A stretch of DNA of 61,933 nucleotides, counting the filler. It is 6 parts of 6 records of this genome, joined end to end, with 100 filler letters (N's around TTAATTAATTAA, not from the genome) between each part and the next. Parts side by side here need not be neighbours in the genome. Positions count along the whole stretch, not along the records: positions 16,006 to 23,572 come from SRR2962707_3079; positions 23,673 to 38,784 come from SRR2962707_3081; 4 more parts are not named here. The stretch is one strand, 5' to 3'. Below are positions 21,707-32,479 of this stretch, in pieces. The first letter of the stretch is position 1. Each line of letters starts with the position of its first letter. A program made the position numbers and the translations under genes. The notes below the pieces were generated by a model. It was not told the DNA's origin and did not search any database. It was given only the letters and a program-made list of their open reading frames with translations.

Positions 21707-22237
21707 TCAGGACATCAGGTTGCTTTCGCAGCCCAGGGCGATCTGCGGGGCCTGTGCCCGGGGCACGACGGTGAACTGCGCCTTATAGAGTTCGCGCCCG
21801 TTCTTATGGGCGGTAAAGATCCAAGCGCCGGTTACCAGTTCCTCGGGGAGGTCAAAGGTATAGGCGTTGACTGTCGGCTCTTTGCCGCCGACCGACGTGA
21901 CATAGGTCTGTGTTGTGATGTCGGTGCCGATCAGCGGCGGATGGGTCAGTGTGACGATGGTATTGTCAAAGTTGACTGGCCCGAGGGTGTCGACACGTAC
22001 CCCAAAGCTTAGCCCCGGTACCAAGGGTACGGTACTGCCGAGCCACTGAAATTCTGGCGTGCGGTCAAAGAGTTCTATTTGCCCGGAGGCGGTGCCTGGG
22101 GCGTTCATCGTGGCGACAGAGTCGATTTCGCAAAAGATGCCTTGGGTCACAGTGATCTGCGTGACGTTAGAGGTAACCTGCGCCACGGCCCAGCCGGGCA
22201 GGCCAATCAGGGTCAGGCTGAGCAAAATGTGTTTCAT
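21707..22237 (-). CDS. Secreted DUF3859-like protein
   Basis: Signal peptide MKHILLSL..AVA; VP..PGLSFGV, THPP, YTFD.PEELVTG.W. Confidence 0.7.
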   Translation of the reverse strand: MKHILLSLTLIGLPGWAVAQVTSNVTQITVTQGIFCEIDSVATMNAPGTASGQIELFDRTPEFQWLGSTVPLVPGLSFGVRVDTLGPVNFDNTIVTLTHPPLIGTDITTQTYVTSVGGKEPTVNAYTFDLPEELVTGAWIFTAHKNGRELYKAQFTVVPRAQAPQIALGCESNLMS

Positions 22238-22296
22238 GGTGCGATGATGCGACGGGCAGGGGCGTTTGGCAAGGTAGCCCAAAGTGCCGGTATCGG

Positions 22297-22704
22297 TCAG
22301 CCTGGCATGTCGGGGCTGAATTCGATCAGGTCCCAGAGGTTGCCATATAGATCGCGGAATACAGCGACAGTGCCATATTCTGCCTGCTTTGGTTCGCGTT
22401 CAAAGCTGACGCCTTTGGAGCGCAACCGTTTATAGTCGCGCCAGAAATCGTCGGTGCGCAGGAACAAAAAGACCCGACCACCGGCCTGATCCCCGATGTA
22501 GTGTTCCTGATGCGGGGTCGAGGCGCGCGCCAGTAGGATGGAACAGGTGCCCGGCCCCTTGGGGCGCACCACAACCCAACGTTTGTCCTGTTCGGGCTGG
22601 TAGGTGTCTGCCACCAGTTCGAAATCAAGCGTATTGACATAAAAGTCGATGGCTTCGTCGTAATCGCGGACGACAAGGGCGATGTGGGCAAGGCTTTGTT
22701 TCAA
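22297..22704 (-). CDS. VOC/glyoxalase family protein
   Basis: HIALVVRDYDEAIDFY, KRWVVV, GDQAGGRVFLFL, YGTVAVFRDLYGNLWDL. Confidence 0.9.
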   Translation of the reverse strand: MKQSLAHIALVVRDYDEAIDFYVNTLDFELVADTYQPEQDKRWVVVRPKGPGTCSILLARASTPHQEHYIGDQAGGRVFLFLRTDDFWRDYKRLRSKGVSFEREPKQAEYGTVAVFRDLYGNLWDLIEFSPDMPG

Positions 22705-22728
22705 GGGAAAGCCCCCGTTATACGCAGA

Positions 22729-22755
22729 CATCCCCGGCAGTCGTACCCGGGGATG
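22729..22755 (-). terminator. Hairpin downstream of pckA
   Basis: CATCCCCGG-N9-CCGGGGATG. Confidence 0.55.
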
Positions 22756-22776
22756 CCTGTCATTACCGTAAAGGCG

Positions 22777-23572
22777 TTAGCCGATGGCGGCGGCCTTTAC
22801 GTCGTCATCGATGTAGGGGACGTACTGGGCAAAGTTGTCTGCGAACATCTGCACAAGCTTGGCCGCCTGCGCGTCATAGGCCGATTTGTTATCCCAGGTG
22901 CGACGCGGGTTGAGCAGCATTTCGGCCACGCCTTCGACCTGAACCGGCACTTCGAAGCCAAAGTTCGGGTCCTTGCGGAACTCTGCATCGGCCAGGCTTC
23001 CGCTGAGCGCGGCGGACAGCAGTGCGCGCGTCGCCTTGATCGGCATCCGATTGCCTTCGCCATAGGCACCGCCGGTCCAGCCGGTATTCACAAGCCAGCA
23101 GGTCGCGCCATGTTTTGCGATCTTGTCGCGCAGCAGGTTGCCGTAAACCTCGGGGCGGCGGGGCATGAAGGGGGCACCGAAGCAGGTGCTGAAGGTTGGC
23201 TCGGGCTCTGTCACGCCACGTTCGGTGCCGGCCACCTTTGATGTAAAGCCGGACAGGAAGTGGTACATCGCCTGCGCCGGGGTCAGCCGTGCGATGGGGG
23301 GCAGAACGCCAAAAGCATCACAGGTCAGCATGATGATGTTCTTGGGGTGGCCACCCAACGCTGTCTTGGACGCGTTTGAGATATAATCCAACGGATAGGC
23401 GCAGCGCATGTTGGCGGTCAGGCTGTCGTCGTCGAAATCAAGTTCGAACGTCTGGGGATCGAAGATCATGTTTTCGATCACTGTGCCGAATTTCGACGTG
23501 GTGTCGTAGATTTCCGGTTCTGCTGCGCGCGACAGGTTGATCGTCTTGGCATAGCAGCCGCCTTCAAAGTTG
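22777..23572 (-). CDS. pckA: Phosphoenolpyruvate carboxykinase (ATP), 5'-truncated
   Basis: [36 protein letters not shown]. Confidence 0.96.
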
Positions 23573-23672
23573 NNNNNNNNNNNNNNNNNNNNNNNNNNNN
23601 NNNNNNNNNNNNNNNNTTAATTAATTAANNNNNNNNNNNNNNNNNNNNNNNNNNNNNNNNNNNNNNNNNNNN
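23573..23672. other. Artificial contig spacer
   Basis: N-run with TTAATTAATTAA. Confidence 0.98.
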
Positions 23673-23975
23673 AGGCAGCAGATGATGGAACTGATAGACA
23701 AATCCAACATCCGCGCAGCGCACCGCCGTGCGTTTGCGGTCGTTCAGGCCGCTCATGTCCGTACCACCAATGGCAACCGTTCCCGCATCTGGCGTATCGA
23801 GCAGCCCGGCGATGTGCAGCAGCGTCGATTTCCCGGCACCCGAGGGCGCGACCAGGGCCACAACCTCGCCCCGGTTTACGGTCAGTTCCGCACCCCGCAG
23901 GACCTGCACCTCGTTCGGCAGGTCCTTGAAGTAGATCTTTTCAATGCCCTCAAGCCGCAATGTCACGTCATTCAT
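23673..23975 (-). CDS. lolD: Lipoprotein-releasing ABC ATPase (3'-truncated)
   Basis: [23 protein letters not shown]; overlaps the lolE stop. Confidence 0.92.
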
Positions 23976-25254
23976 AGCGCAGCGCCTCGACAGGATTCAT
24001 CCGCGCCGCACGGCGGGCGGGAAAGATGGTAACGATAAACGACAAGCCCAGCGACAGCGCCACGGCGGACAGCACATCACCCACCTGCAATTCCGCCGGC
24101 AATTGATAAATGCCGCGCACAGACGGATCCCAGACACCGCCGCCAGAGACATAATTCACAAAGCTGAAAATCGGGTCAATATAGAGTGCGAAGAGACACC
24201 CGAGGATCACACCAAGCGCCGTTCCGATCAGCCCCGTAAAGGCGCCGCAGATAAAAAATGCCCGCATTACAGACCCTTGGCTAAGCCCCATGGTGCGCAG
24301 AATGCCGATATCGCGGCCCTTGTTCTTGACCAGCATGATCAGGCCGGACACGATGTTCATCGCCGCGATCAGCACGAGGATCGACAGGATGATGAACATC
24401 ACGTTGTCCTCGATCTCCAGCGCGCGCAGAAAACCCCCACTTGCATCCTTCCAGGTCCAGATCAGCGCGCGGTCGCCCGCCTGTTGCAGCAGGGCGGCGG
24501 CATAGCCCTCGGCCTGTTCGGGATCCTGCACCGAGATTTCGAATTCATCGACGACGTTTTCCCGGTTGAAATACAACTGCGCCTCGGCAATCGGCATGTA
24601 GATCCGTGTGCGATCAATGTCATAGCGTCCGGCGGTAAAGATATAAACGACCTCATAGGCCTTGACCCGGGGGCTGGTACCAAAGGCCGTTTTGACCCCG
24701 TCGGGCGAAATCAGTTTGACCTTGTCGCCCAGCCCGACGCCGATTTCGCGGGCGATTCCTGATCCGATGGCGATGCCGTCGTTGAACCGGGTGATATCGC
24801 CCTGTGCGGTTTCGGGATCGGCAATGCGGGGGATGGTTTCAAGGTTTTCTTCGGAAATCCCAAAAACTTCGACACCTGCGTTGCGCCCGTTCGCGGTGGC
24901 CATGACCTGACCCTTGACCAGCGGTGCCGCGCGTATGACGCCCGCCACCTGCGCCAGTTTCGCAGCCGTCGCATCATAGTCGGGAATGGTGCGCGTCACG
25001 CGGCCCAGATCGTTCTGTTCGCCTGCGTAATAGACCGTCACATGGGCGCTGGACCCAAGGATGGTATCGACAAATTCAGTGCGAAATCCGCTTCTTACCG
25101 CCAGTGTGGCGATCAGGGCGAACACCGCGAGGGTGATGCCGGCAAGGCTGATCCAGGTCATAACGCTAACCCCGCCTTCGGCCCGTTTGGCACGCAGGTA
25201 GCGCCAGGCGATCATCCATTCGAACCCGGCAAAGGGCGGTGGGGTACGGGCCAA
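23968..25254 (-). CDS. lolE: Lipoprotein-releasing ABC permease LolC/E
   Basis: [55 protein letters not shown]; probable TTG start 25254. Confidence 0.93.
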   Translation of the reverse strand: MARTPPPFAGFEWMIAWRYLRAKRAEGGVSVMTWISLAGITLAVFALIATLAVRSGFRTEFVDTILGSSAHVTVYYAGEQNDLGRVTRTIPDYDATAAKLAQVAGVIRAAPLVKGQVMATANGRNAGVEVFGISEENLETIPRIADPETAQGDITRFNDGIAIGSGIAREIGVGLGDKVKLISPDGVKTAFGTSPRVKAYEVVYIFTAGRYDIDRTRIYMPIAEAQLYFNRENVVDEFEISVQDPEQAEGYAAALLQQAGDRALIWTWKDASGGFLRALEIEDNVMFIILSILVLIAAMNIVSGLIMLVKNKGRDIGILRTMGLSQGSVMRAFFICGAFTGLIGTALGVILGCLFALYIDPIFSFVNYVSGGGVWDPSVRGIYQLPAELQVGDVLSAVALSLGLSFIVTIFPARRAARMNPVEALRYE

Positions 25255-25373
25255 ATCTGATGCCTTTCGCGGTGTATTGTCGGGCAGGAAGGTGGTCACT
25301 GGGGGCGACAACGTCAAGCCGTCGGGGGATTTTCTGCCGACTGGCAGAGCGGGTGTTTAGGCCGTTTCGACCC

Positions 25374-25412
25374 GTATGGAAAGCGTATGGTTGGCGTATG
25401 GAAACAGTATGG
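25374..25412 (+). repeat. 4x 11-bp phased direct repeat with GTATGG core
   Basis: GTATGG at 25374, 25385, 25396, 25407. Confidence 0.85.
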
Positions 25413-25528
25413 CTGACATACGGCCCCTCTGCCCCAGCCAAGCGGGTCGGATTCGCAGGCAAAGATGACAGGGGTGGACCACATCCGCCCCCTTGCCCCG
25501 CACGTAGAGCATCAGCATAGTGCGCGCC

Positions 25529-26647
25529 ATGACAGAACCCCGTTACACCCCGCTTGTTCAGACCCTTCCCGCCACCGTGCCGTTTGTCGGCCCCGAGGTG
25601 CAGGAGCGTGACATGGGCCAGACCTTTCGCGCCCGGCTTGGCGCGAACGAAAGCGTCTTTGGACCCTCGCCCGCAGCGATTGACGCGATGGCCCGCGCCT
25701 CTGCCAATATCTGGAAATACGCCGACGCGACGAATTTCGATCTAAAGGCCGCGCTGGCGCAGAAACTGGGCACAACTTCCCGGAATCTCATCATTGGCGA
25801 GGGGATTGACGGGCTGCTTGGCTATGTCGTGCGCCTGCTGGTCGCGCCGGGCGACCGTGTGGTGACATCCGCCGGGGCCTATCCGACGTTCAACTATCAT
25901 GTGACGGGGTTTGGCGGCGATCTGGTCAAGGTGCCATATCGCGATGACCGCGAGGATCTGCCCGCGCTGATCGCCAAAGCCGCCGAGGTCGATGCCAAGA
26001 TCGTCTATCTGGCCAATCCCGACAATCCGATGGGCAGCTGGCACACCGGGGCCGATATCGAAGCGGCGCTGGAACAGTTACCCAAGGGCACACTGCTGGT
26101 GCTGGACGAGGCCTATGTCGAATTCGCGCCTGCCGATGCCGTACCGCAGATCGCGCCCGATGATCCCCGCGTGATCCGGCTGCGCACCTTTTCCAAGGCT
26201 TATGGCATGGCCGGGGCGCGTGTCGGTTATGGCATCGGGGCGGCGGGGCTGATCCATAGCTTCGACAAGATCCGCAACCATTTCGGCATGAACCGCGCGG
26301 CACAGGTCGGCGCGCTGGCCGCCCTGCAGGACGAGGCGTGGTTGCAGAGCGTGCTGACCCGTGTGGCCGATGCGCGCGTGCAAATCGCGCAGATTGCCCG
26401 CGCGAACGGTTTGGTCCCACTGCCGTCTGCCACCAATTTCGTGGCGGTGGATTGCGGGCGCGACGGGGATTTTGCCCGGACCGTGCTGCACGAACTGGTC
26501 GAACGCGGGGTTTTCGTGCGGATGCCTTTTGTTGCGCCGCAGGACCGCTGCATCCGGATCAGCGCGGGCACGCCCGACGATCTGGACGTGTTGGCACAGG
26601 TGTTGCCGCAGGCGCTGGCAGAAGCGAACACCGACGCGGCAAGCTGA
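25529..26647 (+). CDS. PLP-dependent aminotransferase class I/II (HisC-like)
   Basis: LGANES, NPDNPMG, DEAY, RTFSKAYGMAGARVGY. Confidence 0.9.
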   Translation: MTEPRYTPLVQTLPATVPFVGPEVQERDMGQTFRARLGANESVFGPSPAAIDAMARASANIWKYADATNFDLKAALAQKLGTTSRNLIIGEGIDGLLGYVVRLLVAPGDRVVTSAGAYPTFNYHVTGFGGDLVKVPYRDDREDLPALIAKAAEVDAKIVYLANPDNPMGSWHTGADIEAALEQLPKGTLLVLDEAYVEFAPADAVPQIAPDDPRVIRLRTFSKAYGMAGARVGYGIGAAGLIHSFDKIRNHFGMNRAAQVGALAALQDEAWLQSVLTRVADARVQIAQIARANGLVPLPSATNFVAVDCGRDGDFARTVLHELVERGVFVRMPFVAPQDRCIRISAGTPDDLDVLAQVLPQALAEANTDAAS

Positions 26648-26683
26648 CCCGCGTCGGTCGGGCATGCACCTGCGGGCGCTGTT

Positions 26684-27880
26684 TTAGGCTTGGGCGATCA
26701 CCTCGGCCGCGGCAGAAACGCCGCCCTTGCCATGGGGGACACCCAAGGCGGTCAGGCCCGATTCAACCACGCCCAGCAGGCCCAGGGCCATATGCGCGTT
26801 GATGTGGCCCATGTGGCCAAAGCGGAAAAATCCAGTACCGTCCGGGTCGCCCGGTTCCGACATGCCAAGGCCGATGCCCAGAACAACACCCGCCTTGGAC
26901 GCCGTCCATTCGCGCAGTTTGCTGCCGTTGGGTGCGCCGACCCGCAGGGCAGTTACGGCGTGGCTGCGGTTGGCCGGGTCCGTCACATTGAGCTGCAGCG
27001 GCCCATCCTGCGCCCAGATATCGCAGGCCGCCCAGATTGCCCGCGCCAGATGGGCATGGCGAGCCCAGACGTTTTCAATCCCTTCGGCGTGAATCATGTC
27101 AAGCGAGGCGCGCAGCCCCATGAGGTGGTGCGTTGGCGCGGTGCCGCTAAAATACTGGTACAGCTTTTCTGGGGCCGAACGCGGGTTCCAATCCCAATAA
27201 CGGCTGACCCGGGGCATCTGCGCACGCTGCGCGGCGGCGCGGTCGTTGAAAAAAACGAACCCTAGACCCGGTGGCACCATCAGACCCTTTTGCGATCCGG
27301 CAACCATGACATCGGCGCCCCATTCGTCCATTTCGAACACGTCGCAAGCCAGAGAGGCGATACAATCCACCATCAGCAGCGCGGGATGGCCCAGATCGTC
27401 GAGCACCCGGCGCAGCCCCGCGATGTCGTTGCGCACTGAGGACGAGGTATCCACATGCTGGGCCAGAACGGCGCGGTATTTGTGGTGGGTGTCGGCCTTT
27501 AGCGCGTCGGCGACGCGGTCAAGGTCGATAGGATCCTTGCGACCGAAATCGATGATTGTCGCATCGATGCCCAGACCGGTGGCCGTATCCGCCCAGCCCA
27601 CGCCAAACCGCCCGGTCGATGGGACGAGGATCGCCTCTCCCGGGGCCACGACGTTCGATAGGGCCGCCTCCCAGGCGCCATGGCCGTTAGAGACGTAGAT
27701 CGCCACTTGGCCGGTCGTGCGTGCCACGCGGCGCAGGTCCGGTATCATGCCTGCGACCATTTCGGGCAGGTCGCCTTCGTAGATGTTGGGCGAGGCGGAG
27801 TGCATCGCGCGCAGCACCGCATCGGGCATAACCGAGGGGCCTGGAATAGCCAGATACGGACGACCATTGGCCAGTGACAT
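26684..27880 (-). CDS. Class V aminotransferase (serine-glyoxylate/alanine-glyoxylate type)
   Basis: IPGPS, NGHGAWEAAL, MVDCIASL, GSQKGLMVPPG, FRFGHMG. Confidence 0.9.
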   Translation of the reverse strand: MSLANGRPYLAIPGPSVMPDAVLRAMHSASPNIYEGDLPEMVAGMIPDLRRVARTTGQVAIYVSNGHGAWEAALSNVVAPGEAILVPSTGRFGVGWADTATGLGIDATIIDFGRKDPIDLDRVADALKADTHHKYRAVLAQHVDTSSSVRNDIAGLRRVLDDLGHPALLMVDCIASLACDVFEMDEWGADVMVAGSQKGLMVPPGLGFVFFNDRAAAQRAQMPRVSRYWDWNPRSAPEKLYQYFSGTAPTHHLMGLRASLDMIHAEGIENVWARHAHLARAIWAACDIWAQDGPLQLNVTDPANRSHAVTALRVGAPNGSKLREWTASKAGVVLGIGLGMSEPGDPDGTGFFRFGHMGHINAHMALGLLGVVESGLTALGVPHGKGGVSAAAEVIAQA

Positions 27881-28020
27881 GCGCAAATTCTCCTGCATGG
27901 GAATGGGCCCCTGGCCCGACGGCGCAACACTAGCCAGCTACATCGCGGCGTCAATCGCTTCTGCACCGCTTGCCAGCCCAAGTTGCAGCGCTTAAACCCC
28001 GGGACACAGAAGGGACCATA

Positions 28021-28737
28021 ATGCTGTCACAGATCTGGAGCCGTATCGAACAGGGCGAACGCCGTTTCCGGCGCTCGTTCGGTAAGGATATCACCGATCC
28101 CGTATCGCGCCGCTGGTCGGCAATACACTATAATGTGTTCGACCATGCCTTTTTGCGCAGCTTCTGGACCAACTTTTTCGAAATTGCGCCCGACGTCTAT
28201 CGGTCGAACCAGCCCACCCACCGGCGGTTCCTGAAATACGCCAAACTTGGCCTGCGCACGGTCGTGAACCTGCGCGGCGAGGAAAAGTATTCCCATTACC
28301 TGTTCGAAAAGGAAACGCTCGACGGGCTGGGGATCACCATGGTCAACGCCAAGCTCTGGGCGCGCAATGCTGCCAGCCGCGTCCGGATCGTGCATGCAAT
28401 CGATGTGCTGCGGGCGGCGGAAAAGCCGCTGCTGTTTCACTGCAAATCGGGGGCCGACCGGGCCGGGTTCGTCGCGGCGATGTACCTGATGGTGTTCGAG
28501 GATCAGCCGGTAGAAGTGGCACGCAAGCAATTGGGCCTGAAATACATCCATCTGGATTTCACCAAGACAGGCATTCAGGATTATATCCTGGACGTCTATG
28601 CCGCCCGCGTGGCGCAGGGCCCGATCGGGTTCGAACACTGGATCCGGACCGAATACATGAGCAAACCCATGCAGAACGGGTTTGACACGCGCGCCGATCC
28701 GGCAGCCGTGGCAAAACAATTGGCAGATCCCACATGA
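28021..28737 (+). CDS. Tyrosine/dual-specificity phosphatase family protein
   Basis: YRSNQP, VVNLRG, HCKSGADRAG (CX5R). Confidence 0.88.
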   Translation: MLSQIWSRIEQGERRFRRSFGKDITDPVSRRWSAIHYNVFDHAFLRSFWTNFFEIAPDVYRSNQPTHRRFLKYAKLGLRTVVNLRGEEKYSHYLFEKETLDGLGITMVNAKLWARNAASRVRIVHAIDVLRAAEKPLLFHCKSGADRAGFVAAMYLMVFEDQPVEVARKQLGLKYIHLDFTKTGIQDYILDVYAARVAQGPIGFEHWIRTEYMSKPMQNGFDTRADPAAVAKQLADPT

Positions 28738-30500
28738 GCCGCACCCCGCAGACCGAGAGCGAGGCACCAAACGCGGCCGGCCTGCTGCTGTGGCTTTGGC
28801 GCGGTTACCTGCACAAACACACCGGACTGCTGATCGTTGCCATGGCCTTTATGATGCTCGAAGGGTCGATGTTCGGGTTCCTCAGTTACATGATGAAGCC
28901 GATGTTCGATCAGGTGTTGGTGGGTGGATCAAAGACCGCGCTGGTCTGGGTGGCGGGCGCGATCTTTGCCATCTTTTCAATCCGCGCCGTGGCCAGCGTT
29001 ATCGAAAAGGTGATGCTGACCCGGATTTCGCAGGTCACCGTTGCGGACATCCGCATGGAAATGCTGGCGCATCTGATGACGCTCGACGGCGCATTCCATC
29101 AGAACTTCCCGCCCGGTTACCTCATGCAGCGGATTTCGGGCGACGTTGAGGCCATCAACAAGGTCTGGCGCACGATCATCACCGGGGCCGGGCGCGATGT
29201 GGTGGCGCTGATCGCGCTGTTCGGTGTGGCGATCAACATCGACTGGCGCTGGACGCTTGCGGCGTTGGCCGGCACGCCGCTACTGATCCTGCCTGTCATC
29301 GTGCTTCAACGGTTTGTGCGGGGCAATGCGCGGGTGTCGCGCGACGTGTCCGCCCGGCTGTCCACACGTCTGAACGAGGTGTTTCACGGCATCATCCCGG
29401 TCAAACTGAACCGGTTAGAAGGCTATCAATCTAAACGCTATCGCAAGCTGACCCGCCAGCGCATCGACCTTCAGGTCAAATCAAGCCTGGCGCAGGCGGC
29501 GGTCCCCGGTATGATCGACGTGATGTCCGGCATCGGTTTTGTCATCGTGCTGCTTTATGGCGGGTCCGAGATTCTGTCAGGACAAAAGACCGTTGGCGAC
29601 ACCATGGCGTTTTTCACCGCATTGGGTCTGGCGTTCGAACCGCTGCGCCGCCTGGGCGCGTTCAGCGGCGTCTGGCAGGTCGCGGCGGCCAGCATCGAGC
29701 GGATCAAGGAACTGCTTGATATGATGCCCGATCTGCGCGACCCGCCCAATCCGCAATCCCCGCCGCAGGGCGTTCCGGGGATCGTGTTGGACGATGTGCA
29801 TCTGAACTATGGCGACACGCCTATCCTGCGCGGCACATCCTTTGTCGCCGAGGCGGGCAAAACAACGGCGCTGGTCGGGGCGTCGGGGGCCGGTAAATCG
29901 ACCGTGTTCAATCTGCTGACCCGTCTGGTCGATGCAGATTCCGGGGCAATTTCCGTCGGCGATGTGCCGGTGTCGGCGATGAAACTGGGCGATCTGCGCA
30001 ACCTGTTTTCTGTCGTGTCGCAGGATTCGCTGCTGTTTGACGAAACCCTGCGTGAAAATATCCTGCTGGGACAAAAGAATATCACGGACGCCGCATTAGA
30101 CGCGGCGCTAGATGCCGCGCATGTGGCGGACTTTCTGCCACGGCTGCCCGACGGTCTGGACAGCCCTGTCGGCCCGCGCGGCACCAACCTGTCCGGCGGT
30201 CAGCGCCAGCGCGTGGCCATTGCCCGGGCGCTGCTGCGCAACACACCGGTTCTGCTGCTGGACGAGGCGACATCGGCGCTGGACGCGCAATCCGAAGCCG
30301 TGGTGCAACAGGCGCTGGACCGTCTGTCCCAAGGGCGCACAACGCTGGTCATCGCGCACCGCCTGTCGACTGTGCGCAACGCGGACAAGATCGTAGTTAT
30401 GGACCACGGCAAGGTTGTCGATCAGGGCACACATGACGAATTGATCGCGCGCGGTGGCGTCTATGCCGATCTGCACCGGCTACAATTCGACGAAGTGTAA
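28734..30500 (+). CDS. MsbA-like ABC exporter (permease plus ATPase)
   Basis: Six-TM N-domain; [35 protein letters not shown]. Confidence 0.92.
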   Translation: MSRTPQTESEAPNAAGLLLWLWRGYLHKHTGLLIVAMAFMMLEGSMFGFLSYMMKPMFDQVLVGGSKTALVWVAGAIFAIFSIRAVASVIEKVMLTRISQVTVADIRMEMLAHLMTLDGAFHQNFPPGYLMQRISGDVEAINKVWRTIITGAGRDVVALIALFGVAINIDWRWTLAALAGTPLLILPVIVLQRFVRGNARVSRDVSARLSTRLNEVFHGIIPVKLNRLEGYQSKRYRKLTRQRIDLQVKSSLAQAAVPGMIDVMSGIGFVIVLLYGGSEILSGQKTVGDTMAFFTALGLAFEPLRRLGAFSGVWQVAAASIERIKELLDMMPDLRDPPNPQSPPQGVPGIVLDDVHLNYGDTPILRGTSFVAEAGKTTALVGASGAGKSTVFNLLTRLVDADSGAISVGDVPVSAMKLGDLRNLFSVVSQDSLLFDETLRENILLGQKNITDAALDAALDAAHVADFLPRLPDGLDSPVGPRGTNLSGGQRQRVAIARALLRNTPVLLLDEATSALDAQSEAVVQQALDRLSQGRTTLVIAHRLSTVRNADKIVVMDHGKVVDQGTHDELIARGGVYADLHRLQFDEV

Positions 30501-30522
30501 CGCAGGGCCGCACTGGCCCTGT

Positions 30523-31197
30523 TTATCCGCGATAGGCCCCCGATAACGCGGCAGGGTCCGCCCCGCCAAGATAACGCACCAGGTTGACCGTATTTCGCGT
30601 CCCGCCCCGCAACCAGCCCTGTCGACCAAGGGCACGCGGGCAGGTTTCGGCGTAAACCGGCAGGCGGCCCAGACGCGCACCCAGGGCACGGGCGATGGCC
30701 ACATCCTCCATCAGTGCCTGATCGGGATAGCCGCCCACGGCATCATAGGTGGCCCGGTCGATCAGCAGCCCATGTTCCCTGTCGGGCAGGCGCAGACCGG
30801 CGCGCAGGTTCGCAACCCCCGCCACCATGCGCGGCAGGATCGCCCTGCCACGGAACCGCAGGCCAAAGTGATAGGCGCCGGGCGCGTCCAGCACATCGGC
30901 CAGATCGCGGGCCCAACCTTCGGACAACGCAGTGCCGGGTTCAAGAAACATCAGCCAGCCGCCGCGCGCCGCATCGGCCCCCCGCCGCAACCGGACGGCG
31001 CGCGACGATGGCGCGCTTAGCCACTGGGCACCGGCGGCATCGGCCACTGCGCGGGTGGTATCGGACGATCCGCCATCCGACAGGATCAATTCGCGCACCA
31101 ACCCGGCGGACAGCCCCTCCATCAGGGATGGGATCGTCACGGCCAGCCCCTCTGCGGCGTCAAGCGTCGGTATGATGATCGAAATTGGCGCGCGCAT
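30523..31197 (-). CDS. GT2-family glycosyltransferase-like protein (TIGR04283-like, divergent)
   Basis: ISIIIPTL, SDGGSSD.T, GGYP..LMEDVA; DxD position reads LEPG. Confidence 0.75.
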   Translation of the reverse strand: MRAPISIIIPTLDAAEGLAVTIPSLMEGLSAGLVRELILSDGGSSDTTRAVADAAGAQWLSAPSSRAVRLRRGADAARGGWLMFLEPGTALSEGWARDLADVLDAPGAYHFGLRFRGRAILPRMVAGVANLRAGLRLPDREHGLLIDRATYDAVGGYPDQALMEDVAIARALGARLGRLPVYAETCPRALGRQGWLRGGTRNTVNLVRYLGGADPAALSGAYRG

Positions 31198-31265
31198 GGC
31201 CTGCTCCTGTTTGCCTCTTCCAGGTCATCCTATATGAACGCCTTGGGATCAAGAGGTAGACCACA

Positions 31266-32006
31266 ATGACCAGCAGCGACCGCACCGTGCTTTCCGTCAC
31301 CGGACCCGACGCCGACAGCTTTCTTCAGGGGCTGGTGAGCAATGACGTGACCAAGGTCAAGGATGGGCCTGTCTATGCCGCGATGCTGACCCCGCAGGGC
31401 AAATACCGCGCGGATTTCTTTCTGGTACCGGACGGCGACGGGGTGCTGATCGACGTGGCGACACCGCTCGCGGCGGACCTGCTGCGCGCCCTGACCATGT
31501 ATAAACTGCGCTCCAAGGTTGAGGTGGCCCAGACTGACCGCACCGTTTCGCGCGGCACAGGCCCCACGCCTGACGGTGCCTTTGCCGATCCGCGCGACCC
31601 GCGCATGGGCTGGCGCGCCTACGACGCCCGCCCGGATCAGGCGGATATCGACTGGGATGCCCTGCGCGTCGCCGCCTGCATCCCCGAAAGCGGCATCGAA
31701 CTGACCCCCGACACCTATCTGCTAGAGGCCGGGTTCGAACGGCTGAACGGCGTCGATTTCCGCAAGGGATGTTACGTCGGACAAGAGGTCACAGCGCGGA
31801 TGAAACACAAGACGGAACTGCGCAAGGGGCTGGCCCTGGTCGCCGTGACCGGCAGCGCACTTGTGGGCACTGAGATCATGGCCGAGGGCAAGTCCGTCGG
31901 CGTGCTTTACACGCAGGCCGCCGGTGCTGGCATCGCCTATCTGCGCTTTGACCGCGCCACGGGTAACATGACCGCAGGCGATGCCGCGGTCGAATGGCAC
32001 GGCTGA
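31266..32006 (+). CDS. ygfZ: Folate-binding Fe-S maintenance protein YgfZ/Iba57
   Basis: FLQGLVSND, LTPQGK, KGCYVGQEVTARM signature. Confidence 0.93.
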   Translation: MTSSDRTVLSVTGPDADSFLQGLVSNDVTKVKDGPVYAAMLTPQGKYRADFFLVPDGDGVLIDVATPLAADLLRALTMYKLRSKVEVAQTDRTVSRGTGPTPDGAFADPRDPRMGWRAYDARPDQADIDWDALRVAACIPESGIELTPDTYLLEAGFERLNGVDFRKGCYVGQEVTARMKHKTELRKGLALVAVTGSALVGTEIMAEGKSVGVLYTQAAGAGIAYLRFDRATGNMTAGDAAVEWHG

Positions 32007-32010
32007 TCGG

Positions 32011-32478
32011 TCAGGGCACGATCTGGCGGGTGACAATATGCACATATGGCGTGGCGCCGACACTTTGAAACAGGGCACCCACATCGTTGTTGAACCCGTG
32101 GTGCGAGGCATACCATTCGGTCACACCATCGACGCGCAGGGCTGATTCCATTGCCGAAATCAGACCGCGCGCCCGCCCCTGCCGTCGGCTGGGGGTGTCG
32201 ACCATAAGGTGATCTAGGTAGCCGCGCCGCTGCGCGTGGCGAAATAGGTCCCCGGGTCGGTTCTGCACCTCCCACATGGCATAGCCACAGAGCCGCCCCG
32301 CATCCCAGGAGCCGTAAAGCCGCCAGCCGGTGTCAAAGCGCTGAGCGAAAAACTCGGCCAGTTCTGCCGCATCGGCCCGGGCATGAAACAGCCCCGGCCG
32401 GTTGCGGACATGCAGGCCGTGCAATTCCTGTAGCAGCGGTACCAGAAGCGGGATGTGGTCGGGCGTAAGAGTGGACAT
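32011..32478 (-). CDS. GNAT family N-acetyltransferase
   Basis: YLDHLMVD..SRRQGRARGLI motif A; N..VGALFQSVG. Confidence 0.8.
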   Translation of the reverse strand: MSTLTPDHIPLLVPLLQELHGLHVRNRPGLFHARADAAELAEFFAQRFDTGWRLYGSWDAGRLCGYAMWEVQNRPGDLFRHAQRRGYLDHLMVDTPSRRQGRARGLISAMESALRVDGVTEWYASHHGFNNDVGALFQSVGATPYVHIVTRQIVP

Positions 32479-32479
32479 G

